Positions 50,363-63,720 of a stretch of 64,000 nucleotides of DNA are shown here, piece after piece; positions within the stretch are counted from its first letter, which is position 1; each line of letters opens with the position of its first letter. The notes below the pieces were generated by a model. That model was given only the letters and a program-made list of their open reading frames with translations. It was not told where the DNA came from and searched no databases. The stretch is from the NCBI RefSeq assembly GCF_001194135.2, contig NC_068982.1:75501534-75565533 (forward strand). Reading direction: 5' to 3'. Source of the DNA: Octopus bimaculoides (lineage: Eukaryota). The position numbers were made by a program, and so were the translations under genes.

Positions 50363-50868
50363 NNNNNNNNNNNNNNNNNNNNNNNNNNNNNNNNNNNNNN
50401 NNNNNNNNNNNNNNNNNNNNNNNNNNNNNNNNNNNNNNNNNNNNNNNNNNNNNNNNNNNNNNNNNNNNNNNNNNNNNNNNNNNNNNNNNNNNNNNNNNNN
50501 NNNNNNNNNNNNNNNNNNNNNNNNNNNNNNNNNNNNNNNNNNNNNNNNNNNNNNNNNNNNNNNNNNNNNNNNNNNNNNNNNNNNNNNNNNNNNNNNNNNN
50601 NNNNNNNNNNNNNNNNNNNNNNNNNNNNNNNNNNNNNNNNNNNNNNNNNNNNNNNNNNNNNNNNNNNNNNNNNNNNNNNNNNNNNNNNNNNNNNNNNNNN
50701 NNNNNNNNNNNNNNNNNNNNNNNNNNNNNNNNNNNNNNNNNNNNNNNNNNNNNNNNNNNNNNNNNNNNNNNNNNNNNNNNNNNNNNNNNNNNNNNNNNNN
50801 NNNNNNNNNNNNNNNNNNNNNNNNNNNNNNNNNNNNNNNNNNNNNNNNNNNNNNNNNNNNNNNNNNNN
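50363..50868. other. Assembly gap (506 N)
   Basis: Run of N. Confidence 0.95.
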
Positions 50869-52388
50869 GGGAGGGAGGGAGAAATGCACACAGAAAAAGA
50901 GAGGCTACAAATTTCCATACTCCACAAAAATACTGGAACTCTTGAACCAGAGTCCTAATATCACATGCAATTTAAAATCATAAATAAATGCAAACACACA
51001 AAGAGGCTTTGTAAAGTTTCTGTTGAGCCAGTTCTCTTACAAAGCATTGGCTGGCCCAAAGTGCTACATAATAGGGCTAACCTAATTCTAAAATTACATG
51101 TATATTCTAATGGAAAAATACATGGTGGTGAATCCCTAAAGCATAACAAGTATAATTTAAGTAAAAATTAGCTAAGTGGTATGTATAAATGTAAAAATTG
51201 TAAACATTCTTCATTAGAATTAGTGAAAATGTTGATGAATATATATGTATAGATGAAGATGAAACTGCAATAAGGTTTCAGAAATTTGACTCATCTATGA
51301 GCATGTATATCTATTTTATTGGTATTATTCATATTTCCACATTTGATTCCTAATTCTAATAATTTTTAGGATATTTTAAGTCTTATTATTTTAAGTGCTT
51401 GTATTATAGTGCTCACTTGCTTAGTAAATATTACTTTCATTATTTTATCAGTCATAATCTCTCTTTTTTAAACAAACATCAAGGTAGTCCAAGTACGTTT
51501 AATGTGCCAAAAAATAGCAGTGATCACACAAATATATTTTAATACCTATAGTGTATCAAATAGCCATAGCAACAAATTCACTTGCTAATTCTTAGTTAAT
51601 GATGGAAAGGAAATAAGTTGTCCAATATAATTTATTTTCAGTATATATAAACAATAAACTGAGGGCATTTACACAGTGAATTTAAATCAACAAAATACCT
51701 GATTTCCTTATCTGAAATAAAACTTGAAATGAAAAAATTGCAATGAATATATATTAAGTACATTATTATTAATGAAAACAATTCGAGGCAGGAGAGAGAG
51801 AAAGTGTGAGACTGTGTTGCAAATGAAAATGAAAAATTTTGCCAGAACATAATATTGTTTATCAAATGTTAAAACCTACTCTGCAGTGAATGTAGAACTT
51901 GGCAACAAATATTTAAATTTGTGATAATAAATAATAACATGCTTTGAAAGTGTCTTCTTATCGATATATAACAGAGGGATTAATAAAAATTTTCCAGAGA
52001 GTCAAACCTATAATATGGCTATTATGGAGAGTGTGACTAACTAATGGACATTACAGAAATTTATATGTAGATATATAGCTGAGTCAGTCTGTTAAATATA
52101 TTTATCATTAATAATTGGTAGAACTTACATAAGTGTACATAGATGGACGGATTGATGGATGGACACACACGCACAAAAGTCTGGTGCTTTGATAACACAT
52201 AGTTACGGCGTTTTTTTTTTACTTTTTCAAATATACCCTAACTTAAAATGATCTAATATAACGATATCATTCATCTGGCATGTGTTGAAATATGCCAAAA
52301 CAATTGAATTCCTCACAAATATATGTTACTTTACATATAATTTGTGTTAATTCTATTTACTGAAACTTGCTAAAAAGCATATTTTGAT

Positions 52389-53390
52389 TTAAAGTAGTAT
52401 CTCCTTGCTGACACAATTGTCAGTAATCATACTGTTTCCATTTCTTTCAGCCAATATTTTTACATTGGCCTTCTTTTGAACTCTAGATAATGCAACATAC
52501 AGCTGACCATGTGAGAAGAATTGTGTTGGAAGATATATTCCAATTTGTTCAAAAGTCTGTCCCTGTACCTTGTTGCATGTCAAAGCAAAAGCTGGCTTGA
52601 CAGGAAATTGTTTATGTGTAAATGTGAATGGAAATTGCATTTCTTGAGATACATGTGGTATTCTTGGGATTAGCAGAGTTGATGCTGCATAAGGACCAGA
52701 AGCAACCTCAGCATCAGTAACCTGATCATGTAAACTGACAATGATGAAGAGTGTGCCATTGCAATGTCCATTAGTAGCATCTAAATTTCTCAGAAGCATT
52801 ATGCAGCATTTTTTCTTCCGTTTGAACATGTGTGGTGGAGACCCTGATGGTGTAAGTTTGTTGATGAACTCAATTGAATACAAAGTTTCATTATCAACTG
52901 TATCTGAGCTTCTGTATATTTTTAGCTCACCAAGGATCTTGGTCAACAGAAAATCATTCACAAATTGTGCTGCTTCATTTGTTGGAGTAACAATGGTTCT
53001 ATTTGCAAGCCACACAGGGTTTGTGAAGTTATTTTTGAGGTCAGCATATACAAAATCACAGAGATCTGAAAGAGTACCACTTTTAAGTCTTAAATTGGTT
53101 GTCAACTCCACTACTTCCATATGATCCCAAAGAAAAGATCTCTTTAGTATTGCATCAACAATTTGGGATCTGACACCATTATTTTGAAGTAGAATATTCT
53201 CCTCTCAAGATACCCCTAACCAGTCAATCATGTGTAGTGGAAACAGAATCATGTCTACATCTCCATGCATATTCAGATATCTGTTTCTGTCGCTTTGCCC
53301 TGGTTTCATCTGATTCAGTTGCCCATCTTTCTCTCTGCTGTTGTGCCTTTACTGCTCATATTTTTTTGGATGCCCCATGTTGAATTGCAA
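52389..53390 (-). mobile_element. Internally deleted Helitron, retaining a 243-aa Pif1-like helicase C-terminal ORF (52389-53120)
   Basis: Motifs TPTNEAAQFVN, IMLLRNLD...CNGT, LIPRI, QFPVKPAFALTCNKVQGQT, FSHGQLYVALSRV. A short basic, charged N-terminal-like segment (53250-53380) is joined directly; no Rep domain seen. Confidence 0.93.
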
Positions 53391-54725
53391 AATTCAAATG
53401 TGATATTTGTGTAATAACAAAATCAAACTTGGCGTGAGTGTGTGTTTATAATAGAGAGATGTTGTGTTTGTGTGTGAGAGAGAGAACATTGCAAACATTG
53501 AATGAAAATAAACATGAAATGAAAAAATCGTATAAGTGAAAATTCATAAAAAACTATCTTGTTTAGAGTGCTAGAAATAGCAGTGATCACACAGTTATTA
53601 TTGTAAGGATTATAGTGTTCCAAGCAGCCACACCAACGAAATCACTTCTTCATAAAAAGAAAAAAAAAATTATACTGGCATATTAAAGAATTTTCATTTT
53701 CTCAAAAATATTAATTTAACAAATTCCGGAAACTGATGATATTCTTGAAATTGTGCCTTGTATGAAAGTTATACAGCTATTATCAAATTATCATTAATGA
53801 AAATAGAGGCGAGCAAGAATGAGAGACTCTTACAAATAAAAACGTAAAATGTTGCCTGCAATGAATTAATATTGTTTATTATTAAACATTAAAATCTACT
53901 CTGCAGTGAATGCAATGAATATTTAAATTTATGAAGAATTGGACACAGTGTATGTAATGAATATTTAAATTTGCGAGAATTTGGAGTTAAAAAAATTCAG
54001 TAAACTTCAGAAATCGAAATCATAGGAAATTTCTTAGAACATGAATTTATAAAAATATTCCCAGATGGTCAAGCTTTTAATATTGCTTTCTTTTAGTAAT
54101 TTTAGTAATTGTTACATACCTAATTAATAAGCAGCTTTCTCCATTATAGTATAGTTGCACTATCATACATAACAATGTTTGCTTGTTTAACACCCATTTT
54201 TCTATTCTAGCATTGGTTATTTGAGGAATTATTCAAAGCAGGATTCTACAACTAGATGTTATTGTGACCGAACCTTACTTTTTGAGTAAAAGTTTTTTTT
54301 TTACAGGTCTTTGAAAGAACAGAGAGCAATCAGTCATAATGTCAACAAAGAGTGTCAACAATCATCACTGTTCTGCTCAAGTGGTGACGAGTTTAAAACA
54401 TCAACATTCACACAAACACACATGGATGATGATGGGCTTGCTGCAACTTCTACCTACCAGATAACAAATTCATTCACAAGCCGTTGGCTGGTCTCAGGCT
54501 ATACTAGAAGACACCCACTTTAAAGTACCAGGCATGAGGAACAAACCTGAAACACCACGGTTACAGAAGAAACTGCTAAACTACACAGCTATGCCTGTGT
54601 TTATTACAGCTGTGTACATTACAACACTGCTTACTCATAAAAAAAAGAATTAAATGGATTGGTCCAGGGGAATATAACTAAGAACTATGAAGGCAAATAG
54701 TTAAAAATTAAAGAGAAGCAAATAC

Positions 54726-54835
54726 CTTAATGTATTCCAGTCAGATTCTTTTTGTTCATATTGTTTAATAATACCCTCGTAGTCAATGACTTGGAGTTCC
54801 AGTTCTTTACACACAGATTTCAGGTTGTCTGCAAC
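54726..54835 (-). CDS. CIT: Citron exon, coiled coil (VADNLKSVCKELELQVIDYE...ESDWNTL)
   Basis: Acceptor ttgttgacag, donor gtattt; LK..C..LE.QV.D pattern of Citron; phase 0-2. Confidence 0.92.
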
Positions 54836-54963
54836 CTGTCAACAACGCAAATATACAAATAGGTTATAGGTGTCTTGATAGGTCACTAAATAATACATGT
54901 AATAATTTATACTTTTATTCAATATTATCCAATATAGTGGAAGCAGCACAAAAGTATACACAC

Positions 54964-55080
54964 CCTTCTTTCCATATCACACTGATGCTGAAGGTCTTGA
55001 ATTTCATGTAGCAGAGATTGCCGTTCCATATTTATAGAATGCTTCTCTTTCTCGGAATGCTTGTATTTGTCCTCATATTC
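54964..55080 (-). CDS. CIT: Citron exon, coiled coil (EYEDKYKHSEKE...LHEIQDLQHQCDMERR)
   Basis: Acceptor gcattttacag, donor gtgtgt; phase 0-0. Confidence 0.9.
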
Positions 55081-55659
55081 CTGTAAAATGCATTGAATAT
55101 AACATCATCATTTTTGTTCCAACATCCATTTTTCCATACATGAATGGGTCCAACATAATACACTGGGGTAGATTTTTGTTACCAGATGTCCTTTCCTATC
55201 ACTGACCTTCACCTGTTCCTAAACAAGGTAGTATTTTGTCCATGACTGCACATAATTTCATGCAAAATTGGAAACAAACAGTACTTGTAAGGAGTTGCTT
55301 GATTACAACTAACATGAAATGTGAAGACAAGGAAACCACAAACACAGACACCCTCAAACACATATTTCACTATTTTCCTATATAATAGAGGCGACAATCA
55401 TCTAGGTATGTGGTTGGCTGTGAGTAGACACCATTGACAAAGCTGAATGAAACCAAAATGCATTCGACATTCTCACCAGCTACTACTGGAATAATTTTCA
55501 TGTCCTCCTAATATATGTTTTTGAACAAAGTATGTCCATAAGAGATGTTATCTCTGGATAAATACCACAGTAAATTTGCCTTTCAAGGAAATATTTACAT
55601 GAAGTGTAATACATAGATGACAATTTAAACTGAATACTGCTTCTATTGCATATAATGGA

Positions 55660-56165
55660 TTATTATCATTGTTAGCATTATGAACAGTTTTTCTTTGGTA
55701 GTTTCATGTGAATTTGTGGCACCACCATGTTTCTGATGAATGTGCAGCATTCTTATTTTTGTGGGGATCAGAGTGCAGACTCCTCCTGGTGGTGTACTGC
55801 ACTAGTTTGTTCTGTTAGGGCTTTAATTTGTGTCTTGTTATGTTTATTGTGTGGTGTGTGTAATGTGAATTGTATTATTTTATTTTATTGAGCTTTAATC
55901 TTGTATAGCATATGTTGTGCAAGTTGTATTGTTTTGGATTATTAGATGCTTGTTGTGTAGGGTGTGTGTTGTGTGTGAAGAGTTATTCTATTCAATTGAT
56001 AGTGCCTTGTGCAAGATGTAGACTGTTCCTAGAAGAGCTATTTTTGGGGCAGTATGTAGTTTTGTGAGCTCTGGCATGATGTCTATGTTTGTTTTGAGAT
56101 TTTTTTAACCATGCCTAATGCTCCACTATACTAATGGTACTGTTTTTACTCTCATACCTCAAGAA
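55660..56165 (-). mobile_element. 3' end of an R4/Dong-like (RLE-type) non-LTR retrotransposon
   Basis: Translation KTVP...GALGMVKK...KIALLGTVYILHKALSIE* matches the R4/Dong C-terminus (PIV.GALG...QK.ALLGTA.ILR..L). A degenerate (TAA)n follows the 3' UTR. Confidence 0.72.
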
Positions 56166-57101
56166 CGAAAGGTAAAGCTGCCCTCAGTGACATCTGAATA
56201 CAATATAAAGTCAGAAGTGTTGCTAAGCATTTTGTCTGGTGTTGTAAAGATCCTGTCAGTTTGCTGCCATTAAGTTGTTTCAAATTTAGGTACTAGCCAG
56301 CATTTTCATGAGGAGGGACTACTCAATTACACTGACCCCAGTACTCAACTGGAGAAGGGGTTAGTTGATTACATTACCCCCAGTACTTGACTAGTACTTA
56401 TTTTATCAATCCTGAAAGGATGACAGGCAAAGTTGACTTCAATGACATTTGAACTTAGAATGAAAAGAGCTGGAAGAAATACTGAAAGCATTTTGTCCAG
56501 TGTGGGAAAGATGCTGCCAGATCTCTGCTTTATTAATAATAGTAACGGTTTCACATTTTGATGCAAGGCCAGCAATTCTAAGTGAAGGGTGTTAGTTGAT
56601 ACTACTGACCACAACAGTTGACTGGTTCTTTATTTTATCAATCCTGGATGGATGAAAGACAAAGTTGACCTCAGCAGAATTTAAACTCTGAACATAAAGA
56701 GATGGTGGAAGTGCTGGTAAGCATTTTGTCCAATGCACTAGTGGTTCTGCCAGCTTGTTGCCTTAATAATAGTTTTTTTTTCTAACATTGGCACAAGATC
56801 AGCAATTTTGAGAGGCGAGTGCAAGTTAATTACATTGACCCCCAGTACTTGATCGGTACTCTATTTTATCAACCCTGAAAGATTGTAAAGCAAAGTCAAC
56901 CTCAGTGACATTTGAACTCAGAATGCAAAAGTGCTGGAAGAAATGCTGCAGAGCATTTTGTCAGATGTTCTAATGATTTTGCTAGCTTGGTGCTTCATAA
57001 TAATTTTTTCTTTTTACTATAGGCACAAAGCTTAAAATTTGAGGGGAGGTGGCTCATTGCTTTCATTAACCCTAGTGCTCTAACTGGTACTTCTCACTGT
57101 C

Positions 57102-57160
<59 letters not shown>
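56165..57160 (-). repeat. Head-to-tail chain of 4-5 SINE copies of about 230 bp separated by TAATAA remnants, ending in (AAT)n
   Basis: Each unit carries CCCCAGTACTTGACTGGTACTT-like, CAAAGTTGACCTC and GCATTTTGTC segments. Same family at about 9720-9950, 17950-18130, 61480-61720 and 62070-62540. Confidence 0.8.
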
Positions 57161-57162
<2 letters not shown>

Positions 57163-57253
57163 ACAAAACATTATAGCAATGATTTCTAGCAATCAGTTCC
57201 CAGAGAATGTTTTAATTATATACATCTAATATAATAATGAATCCATAACTTAC

Positions 57254-57337
57254 TCTGTATATTCGGACAGCCTTTTCTTCTTTGGATTTAAATAATTTCA
57301 CTTCATTTACCAAGTGTGTGTTGGTTGTTTGAAGGCT
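57254..57337 (-). CDS. CIT: Citron exon, coiled coil (SLQTTNTHLVNEVKLFKSKEEKAVRIYR); most 5' exon found in the window
   Basis: Acceptor aattcgtttcag, donor gtaagt; phase 0-0; in frame with the next exon. Confidence 0.82.
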
Positions 57338-59165
57338 CTGAAACGAATTAAAAATGGAAAATAAAATAAAAAAAGAAGCATCATCTGTGTAATACACGTT
57401 AGAACAAATAGATTCTTTTCATCTATTTTTTACTTGTTTTTATCATTTGAGTGTGGCCATGCTGGGGCACAACCTTGAAAGGTTTAGTCAATACAATCAA
57501 TCTTGGTACTTGCATCTTTTTTTTAAAGTTTGGAGCTTATTTGATTAGTGACCTTTTGCCACACCTCTAAGTTGGGCAAAAAGAGACTGATAGAATAAAT
57601 TCCAGTGAACAAAAACATACAAATGTGAACACACACACATGAAGAATCTGCACAATTAACAAATTCACTGACAAGGCTATAGAAGATACTTGCCCAAGGT
57701 GTTGCACAGTGGAACTGAACCCAAAACTAGGTGGTAGTGAGGGTAACTTCTAAACCATGCAGCCAGCCTGAGCCTATATTAGGTATTTATTTCAAATTTG
57801 CTAAATGATTTTTCTTTGGGTTAAAATTAGAGGTTGTTATAATTAATGTTTTGTGTTTGTAAGTGAACATGACATACCATACATATATTCAGGTGAAGTA
57901 TTAAACACTGCATTTGTTGAGTAGGATAAACATTATCTTCCAACAGCAAAACAGTAAAATGTCATGTATGTGTGAAAGTATGATTGTGAAGTTGTGTGGT
58001 CTAGTAGTCAGGAGTTTTGATCCTAATCATAAAGTCAGTTCCTAGACTGTGTAACATATTGAGTCTTTGAGCATGGCACTTCATTTTACCTTGCTCCTAT
58101 CTACTTAGCTATAAATGAGCATCAAATTGTGTGCTGGTATTGCTTTTTCCTTCCAAATGCCTTAGCCTGGAGGTACTGTTGGATCAAGGGTGAGGAGGCC
58201 TGAGATAGTATTTCATAACTAGGTAGGTACCTAAGATAATTAGCAAAAGCATAGTGTATGTTATCAAGCCATAATCATTCATCGGTGTTGGCTGGATATA
58301 CTTGTATCTCATTTAAAGTTGAAGCAAGAAGCTGACTGTATTTCTTTTAAGGTCAATACAAGTTGCAGAGAGTATTTTGGTGAGGGTCGACAATATTCAT
58401 AGGTTAACCTTACAGTTGGCGTTTTAGGGCTAACACAAAGGGTCTTTCATATATTGTATCTAGTGAATATTTTCTACAAGAGAATAATTCTTTCATTATC
58501 AGTGTCATTTCAATGTCCATTTTTCTATGCTTGCATGAGTCAGTTTATTCAAGCATATTTTCTATAGCCAGATGCCTTTCCTATCACTAACTCCCATCTA
58601 TTTTCAAGCAAGGCAATATTTCCTCATGTCTAGACATGCTTTCATAGAATATTGGCAATGAATGACATTCCTTCTCTGAGAGTGACAATCGTTCACAACT
58701 ATTACGCAATTCAAGACAAGGAGACACAAATATAAACACATCCACACATACAAACATATAATACATACATATACAACAGGTTTCTTTGTTTCCACCTACC
58801 AAAACCACTCACCAAGCTTTGGCTGGCTCACAACTATAGGAGTAGACACTTGCCCAAATTGTTACTCTGTGGAATTGAACCCCAAACCAAAGTTCTTAAA
58901 CACATAGCTGCACTTGAACAACTTTGAGAAAGAGTTACTAGATGTATAAGACAAGATTTACTTTTAAACAATGTTACTAGGAAAAACTAAACTATAAAAC
59001 ACCACCCCTAAATAGTTCCCTTGTCTACCCTATACTAATATGGAAAAACTGAGAAACGAATGAACAAGATGGAAAAAGTTAAGAACAAATGATTAGGCAT
59101 GTAGCAATGTGTATTGAATTTCTTCTTTTTTTATCATCAGTGTTCGATGTGAAACTAGTGCAGGC

Positions 59166-59175
59166 TAGAGAGAGA

Positions 59176-59241
<66 letters not shown>

Positions 59242-59350
59242 GAGAGAGAGAGTGACAGAGAGAGAGAGTGACAGAGAGAGAGAGAGAGTGACAGAGAGAG
59301 AGAGTGAGTGAGAGTGAGAGAGAGAGAGAGAGAGAGTGAGAGAGAGAGAG
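59166..59350. repeat. (GA)n microsatellite with GT/GTGACA interruptions
   Basis: Direct reading of the sequence. Confidence 0.95.
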
Positions 59351-62069
59351 AAGATTACTAGCATCAAAAATCTTAAGTGATATATGTTATAGAATATAAG
59401 GTCATATTTCAGTCTGCCACAGAACCCATCAAATATATGTGTAACATCAATAGTTTTCTCAGGCACCAATCAATGTTATTAGCTTCTTCTGTTAGATGTT
59501 ATGTAATATTACATTATGGAACAGTAAACTTGATGACAGCCATCTAAATCAACATAGGAATACTTTCACTTGTTTATACCAGTTTGTTTTCTTAAGCAGT
59601 TATATTTTTTTAGACTATATTTATCATCTTCATTTTATGTCCACAGTCAGTCAGCATGTATTCAAGGGTACTACTCACCTAGACAGGTCAAAGGACTTCA
59701 TCTTGCATGGTTTCTACTGCTAGATGCCTAACCTAGCATTAACCATTTTATAGATAAATGTATTCAGTGCTTTCTTTGTGGCACCAACACTAGAGAGGTA
59801 GCCATGTCTTTGACAAGATTAATGGTTCCTCACAACCTTACACTTTACAGAGTGTACTGAAGGTGTTTTTTGTGCAACACCAGCAACAAAGAGCTTGAAT
59901 GTTCTCAACCCAAGTAAAGGGACCCACTTCCTCAAACATTATTCCTATGCTTCATAATGTGTTTCATAATTTTCCTCATATCTTAATGGCAAAGGCTATA
60001 ATGCACTATAAGAAGATTTATTCTGTAAACTGAAAAAAATATAGATAAATAGACTAAGACAGCATTTCTGGTTTTAAATTCACTGAGGCCTTAAGATGTG
60101 ATTGGGATTCAATCACAATCTTTTGGTTGTTGGCTTTCACATGTTTTCTGAGGATATAATCTCAAAACTATTCTGGAGCAAAGCTAAAAATAGTTTTTTC
60201 TATCTTTCTCTATAGAATTGATTAAATTCATAATATTGCAATGCGAAAATTAAACTTAATTCTGTGTCTAACGATGCAAGTAACACACATAATTATCTTT
60301 CTTATAGTTTTATTAATTAGTTAACTTGATGCAAGTGAAGATTATATATCAGTCTCTCTTAACCTTTTTGTTACTATACCTCTGATGAAATAACCGCCTT
60401 TCCTCCACCTCATCATTGTTGTTTTAATGTCCACTTTTTCATACTTGCATTCAATGGTTGATAGAATTTTATTGAGGCAAATTTTCTACAGCTGGATGCC
60501 TTTCCTGTCATCAACATTTGCCTGTTTTCAAGGAAGGTAATATTTCTCTATGCCCAGACATGCTTATGCAGAATACTAGAAATAAACGACAATGCTTTTA
60601 TGCCAGAGACCTATTTTTACAGCTATGACACTATGGTTGAAGTGGGGAGACACCCTTCTCCCATGCACATGATGGGCTTCTTTTAGTTTCTGTTCACAAA
60701 ATTCATTTGCAAGGCTTTGATCAGGCTGAGGCTATAGCAGAAGAGACTTGCCCAAGATGCCATGCAGTGGAACTGAACCCAAATTTACTATGTGGTTGAG
60801 AAGCGAACCTCTTAAACACACAGTCTGTACTTTTTCAATAAATTTTGGAAATAATGAAGAATTTAATAAATAACCGTGTCATTATTGCGATGGTGTTTGA
60901 AAAAGATTAAAAAAATTTTGATGCAAGGTTTAATTTAGATCACTTTAAATGGGAAATTTGCATCTTAGCACCAGAGGTGATTTGAGGCAGGTTGTTATCA
61001 AAGTTAAGAGGAGAGAAGAAAAAAACAAAAAAAAAACAAGATCTCTATACTGCTTCCATGCAACTAGAGTTTAGGAGTTTTCAGATGAAATTTTATTACC
61101 AAAGCCATGATGACATGTGGCTGTGTCTTGACAAACTTATGAGTCAAGTTGCCATCAATAATAGATCAATATTATTTTCTGTATATGATATGTAATTTCA
61201 GCAGCAAATAACAGCTGCTATGGAGGCAGCAACAGTAAATACACACACTACACAACTTGGATGACAGTGATGAGATGGTATTCTCCTCTCTAATCATTAA
61301 GTTATCTGCTGCCTATTAATTAAAGAGGCTACTGCAGGGTATTTGTTATTTGTCAGCTGTTTTCATTATACTAAATTAAGATACTAATGAATGTTCAGGC
61401 ACTTTCTCAGAGATATAGTCACTTTAGGTAGAATTGTTAGAATACTGGACAAAATTTCTGTTTGTAATTCAGGCACAAAGTTAGAGAGAGGGGATTAATT
61501 GGTTCTAATGATCAGTACTTGATTGGTACTTTATTTCATCGACCTCAGAGAGATGAAAGGCAAACTTGACTTTGGTAGGATTTGAACTCAGAATATAAAG
61601 AAGCAGACAAAATGCCTGCAACATTTAAAATACTTCACTTTAGACTCTGAGTTCTAATCCTGCCAAAGTTAACTTTATCTTTTTCCTGTCCGAGGTTGAC
61701 AAAATAATATCTCAAGCAAGTACTGAGGTTTGATTTAGTATTTTTAAAAGCATATTCAATGTAAATGGAAACAACATATTAACTACAGCATTTCATTCTT
61801 TACATTGGGGCTGGGCATGCAACACGTTATACTCCAGAAATGTGATAGTAACTACCAATCTGCTCCAAGCCCCACCATCTCTCTCATGGGAGACCATTCT
61901 GGCCAACATGGTTTACACCAAAGAGAACTACTAATAAGCTGCTACTATACCAATACTTCCCAATTAACTAACTATTTTCTGTATCACTATAGTTTTTAAA
62001 CTAGATATAATAAATTACTTAAACATTCCTATAGGATTTCAAGCAGTACTTTTAATAACAATAATAATG

Positions 62070-62541
62070 GTTTGGGATTTAGGCACATAGTCAGCAATTT
62101 TGTGGAGGAGGGATGGTTGGGGTTAGTCTATATCACCGATTCCAATACTTAACTAGAACTTAATTTTGTTATCCCTGAGAGGATGAAAGGCAAAGTTACT
62201 CAGTGGTATTTGAACTCAGAATATAAAGCACCAGAGGAAATAACCCATGGCATTTTTCTGATGCTCAGCCGACTTTGCCAGCTCCACACCTTTGATGCTA
62301 GTGATCATGATAATCATAATAATAATAATAATAATTGCTTTAAATTTTGGCAATTTTAGGGGCGGTGGTAGTGGAAATGGATTACATTAACACCAGTATA
62401 TTCAACTGGTACTTTGCTTAAACCTCCAAAAGGACAAAAGGCAAAGTTCACCATGGCAAGATTTGAACAAAGAACATGAAGTGTGGAAAGAAATACTGTT
62501 CAGTATCTTGTTCGATGCACTAATTATTCTGCCAGCTCGTA

Positions 62542-62585
<44 letters not shown>
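62070..62585 (-). mobile_element. Two tandem SINE copies each flanked by (TAA)n
   Basis: Same family as 56165-57160; (TAA)n tracts at about 62060-62078, 62315-62335 and 62541-62585. Confidence 0.75.
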
Positions 62586-62586
<1 letters not shown>

Positions 62587-63319
62587 TTCTGATAATTTTT
62601 AACCCACATTTGATTGTTGATGCAGACAGGCATGGCTGAATGGTTAAGAAGTTTATTTTACAACCAAAAGGTTTTGCGTTCAATCCCACAACATAACATG
62701 TTTGATAAGTGCCTATACCACAGCCTTAGATCAAGCCAAATCTTGTGAGTAAACCTGGGTGGACGAAGACTGCATGGAAGCCTGTTGGTGGATTGCAACT
62801 GTAATTCAAAGTTTCAGTCTTGTCACACATGTGCCACATTGATTCTACCAGAGAATTACCCCCCAGGGTACCCATGTCTGTGGAATATTCAACCACTTTG
62901 CATGTTAAATCAATGATGAGGTTGTCCAGCTGGCCAAACAATTGTCTGGTCATACATCAAAATTTTATTGATATTGGAAAATGAAAGGTAGAGCTGACTT
63001 CATTATTTGAATTCAGAACATAAATAGTCAAGATAAATTTTCATAAAAATAACAACAAAACCAATAATAATAATTATAATAATAATGATGATGATGATGA
63101 TTCCTAGGGGAGACAGAAGGACACATATTTTATGGGTTTAATTTAGATCATTTTAAAGCAGAAAGTTTGTATCAATGAAGCGGAAGCAGCCTTGGTTAAG
63201 CTGGTACCAAAAGGATTAAAATTAGTTAGTCAAGGGAAGAGGAGCCAAACTAATGATGTTCGCAGGCTCAGCTAGAGTTGTTGTTGGAGGTGGTAGTGGT
63301 GGTAGGAATTTGGTGTGGT

Positions 63320-63720
63320 TAATGTTCATCTTTAACATTTGCAAGTTGATGTTTCCAGGAAAAGTTTGAACGAGGAAGGAATGTCAGAAGGTTAGTTCTA
63401 AGAAGTGAGAAACAGTGAGGATGGCAGGAGAAGAGGGAGGAGTTGTGGACGGGACTGAATGGAAATGGTACCCAACAGAGTACCTTAAAAAAGTAAAACA
63501 TCCAATGAAGGTGACAGAAACGGAGATAAGCTCTAGCATTGTAGATTGTTAAGATTGAGAACAACAAGAGATTTACTATGTCAAAAGATTTACTAAGAAT
63601 ATGAGTTATGAGTGCGCATAAAGGCATTAAAAAATTACCTGGTAAGCATCCAAAAGGGCTCCTACATCCACATTCTGGGCAGACGGTAGCTCAAAACGTG
63701 CCTGCATTTTCCACTGTACA
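63320..63720 (-). mobile_element. Decayed CR1/L2-type LINE ORF2 3' end
   Basis: Translation ...SPVHNSSLFSCHPHCFSLLRTN..TFLPRSNFSW resembles the CR1/L2 terminal motif (SHP.TV.LP..RT.....SF.PR...LWN). Heavily degenerate. Confidence 0.5.

Noticed and set aside
51699-51722. 24-nt in-frame microexon candidate (phase 2-2)
   Set aside because: It sits within the Helitron-flanking repeat and has no homology support.
54279-54308. 30-nt in-frame microexon candidate with GTAAGG donor
   Set aside because: Mostly a homopolymer run; likely chance.
63639-63713. 75-nt AG...GT open segment (WKMQARFELPSAQNVDVGALLDAYQ) as an upstream CIT exon
   Set aside because: Poor polypyrimidine tract, not coiled-coil-like, and contiguous with the CR1/L2-like relic.
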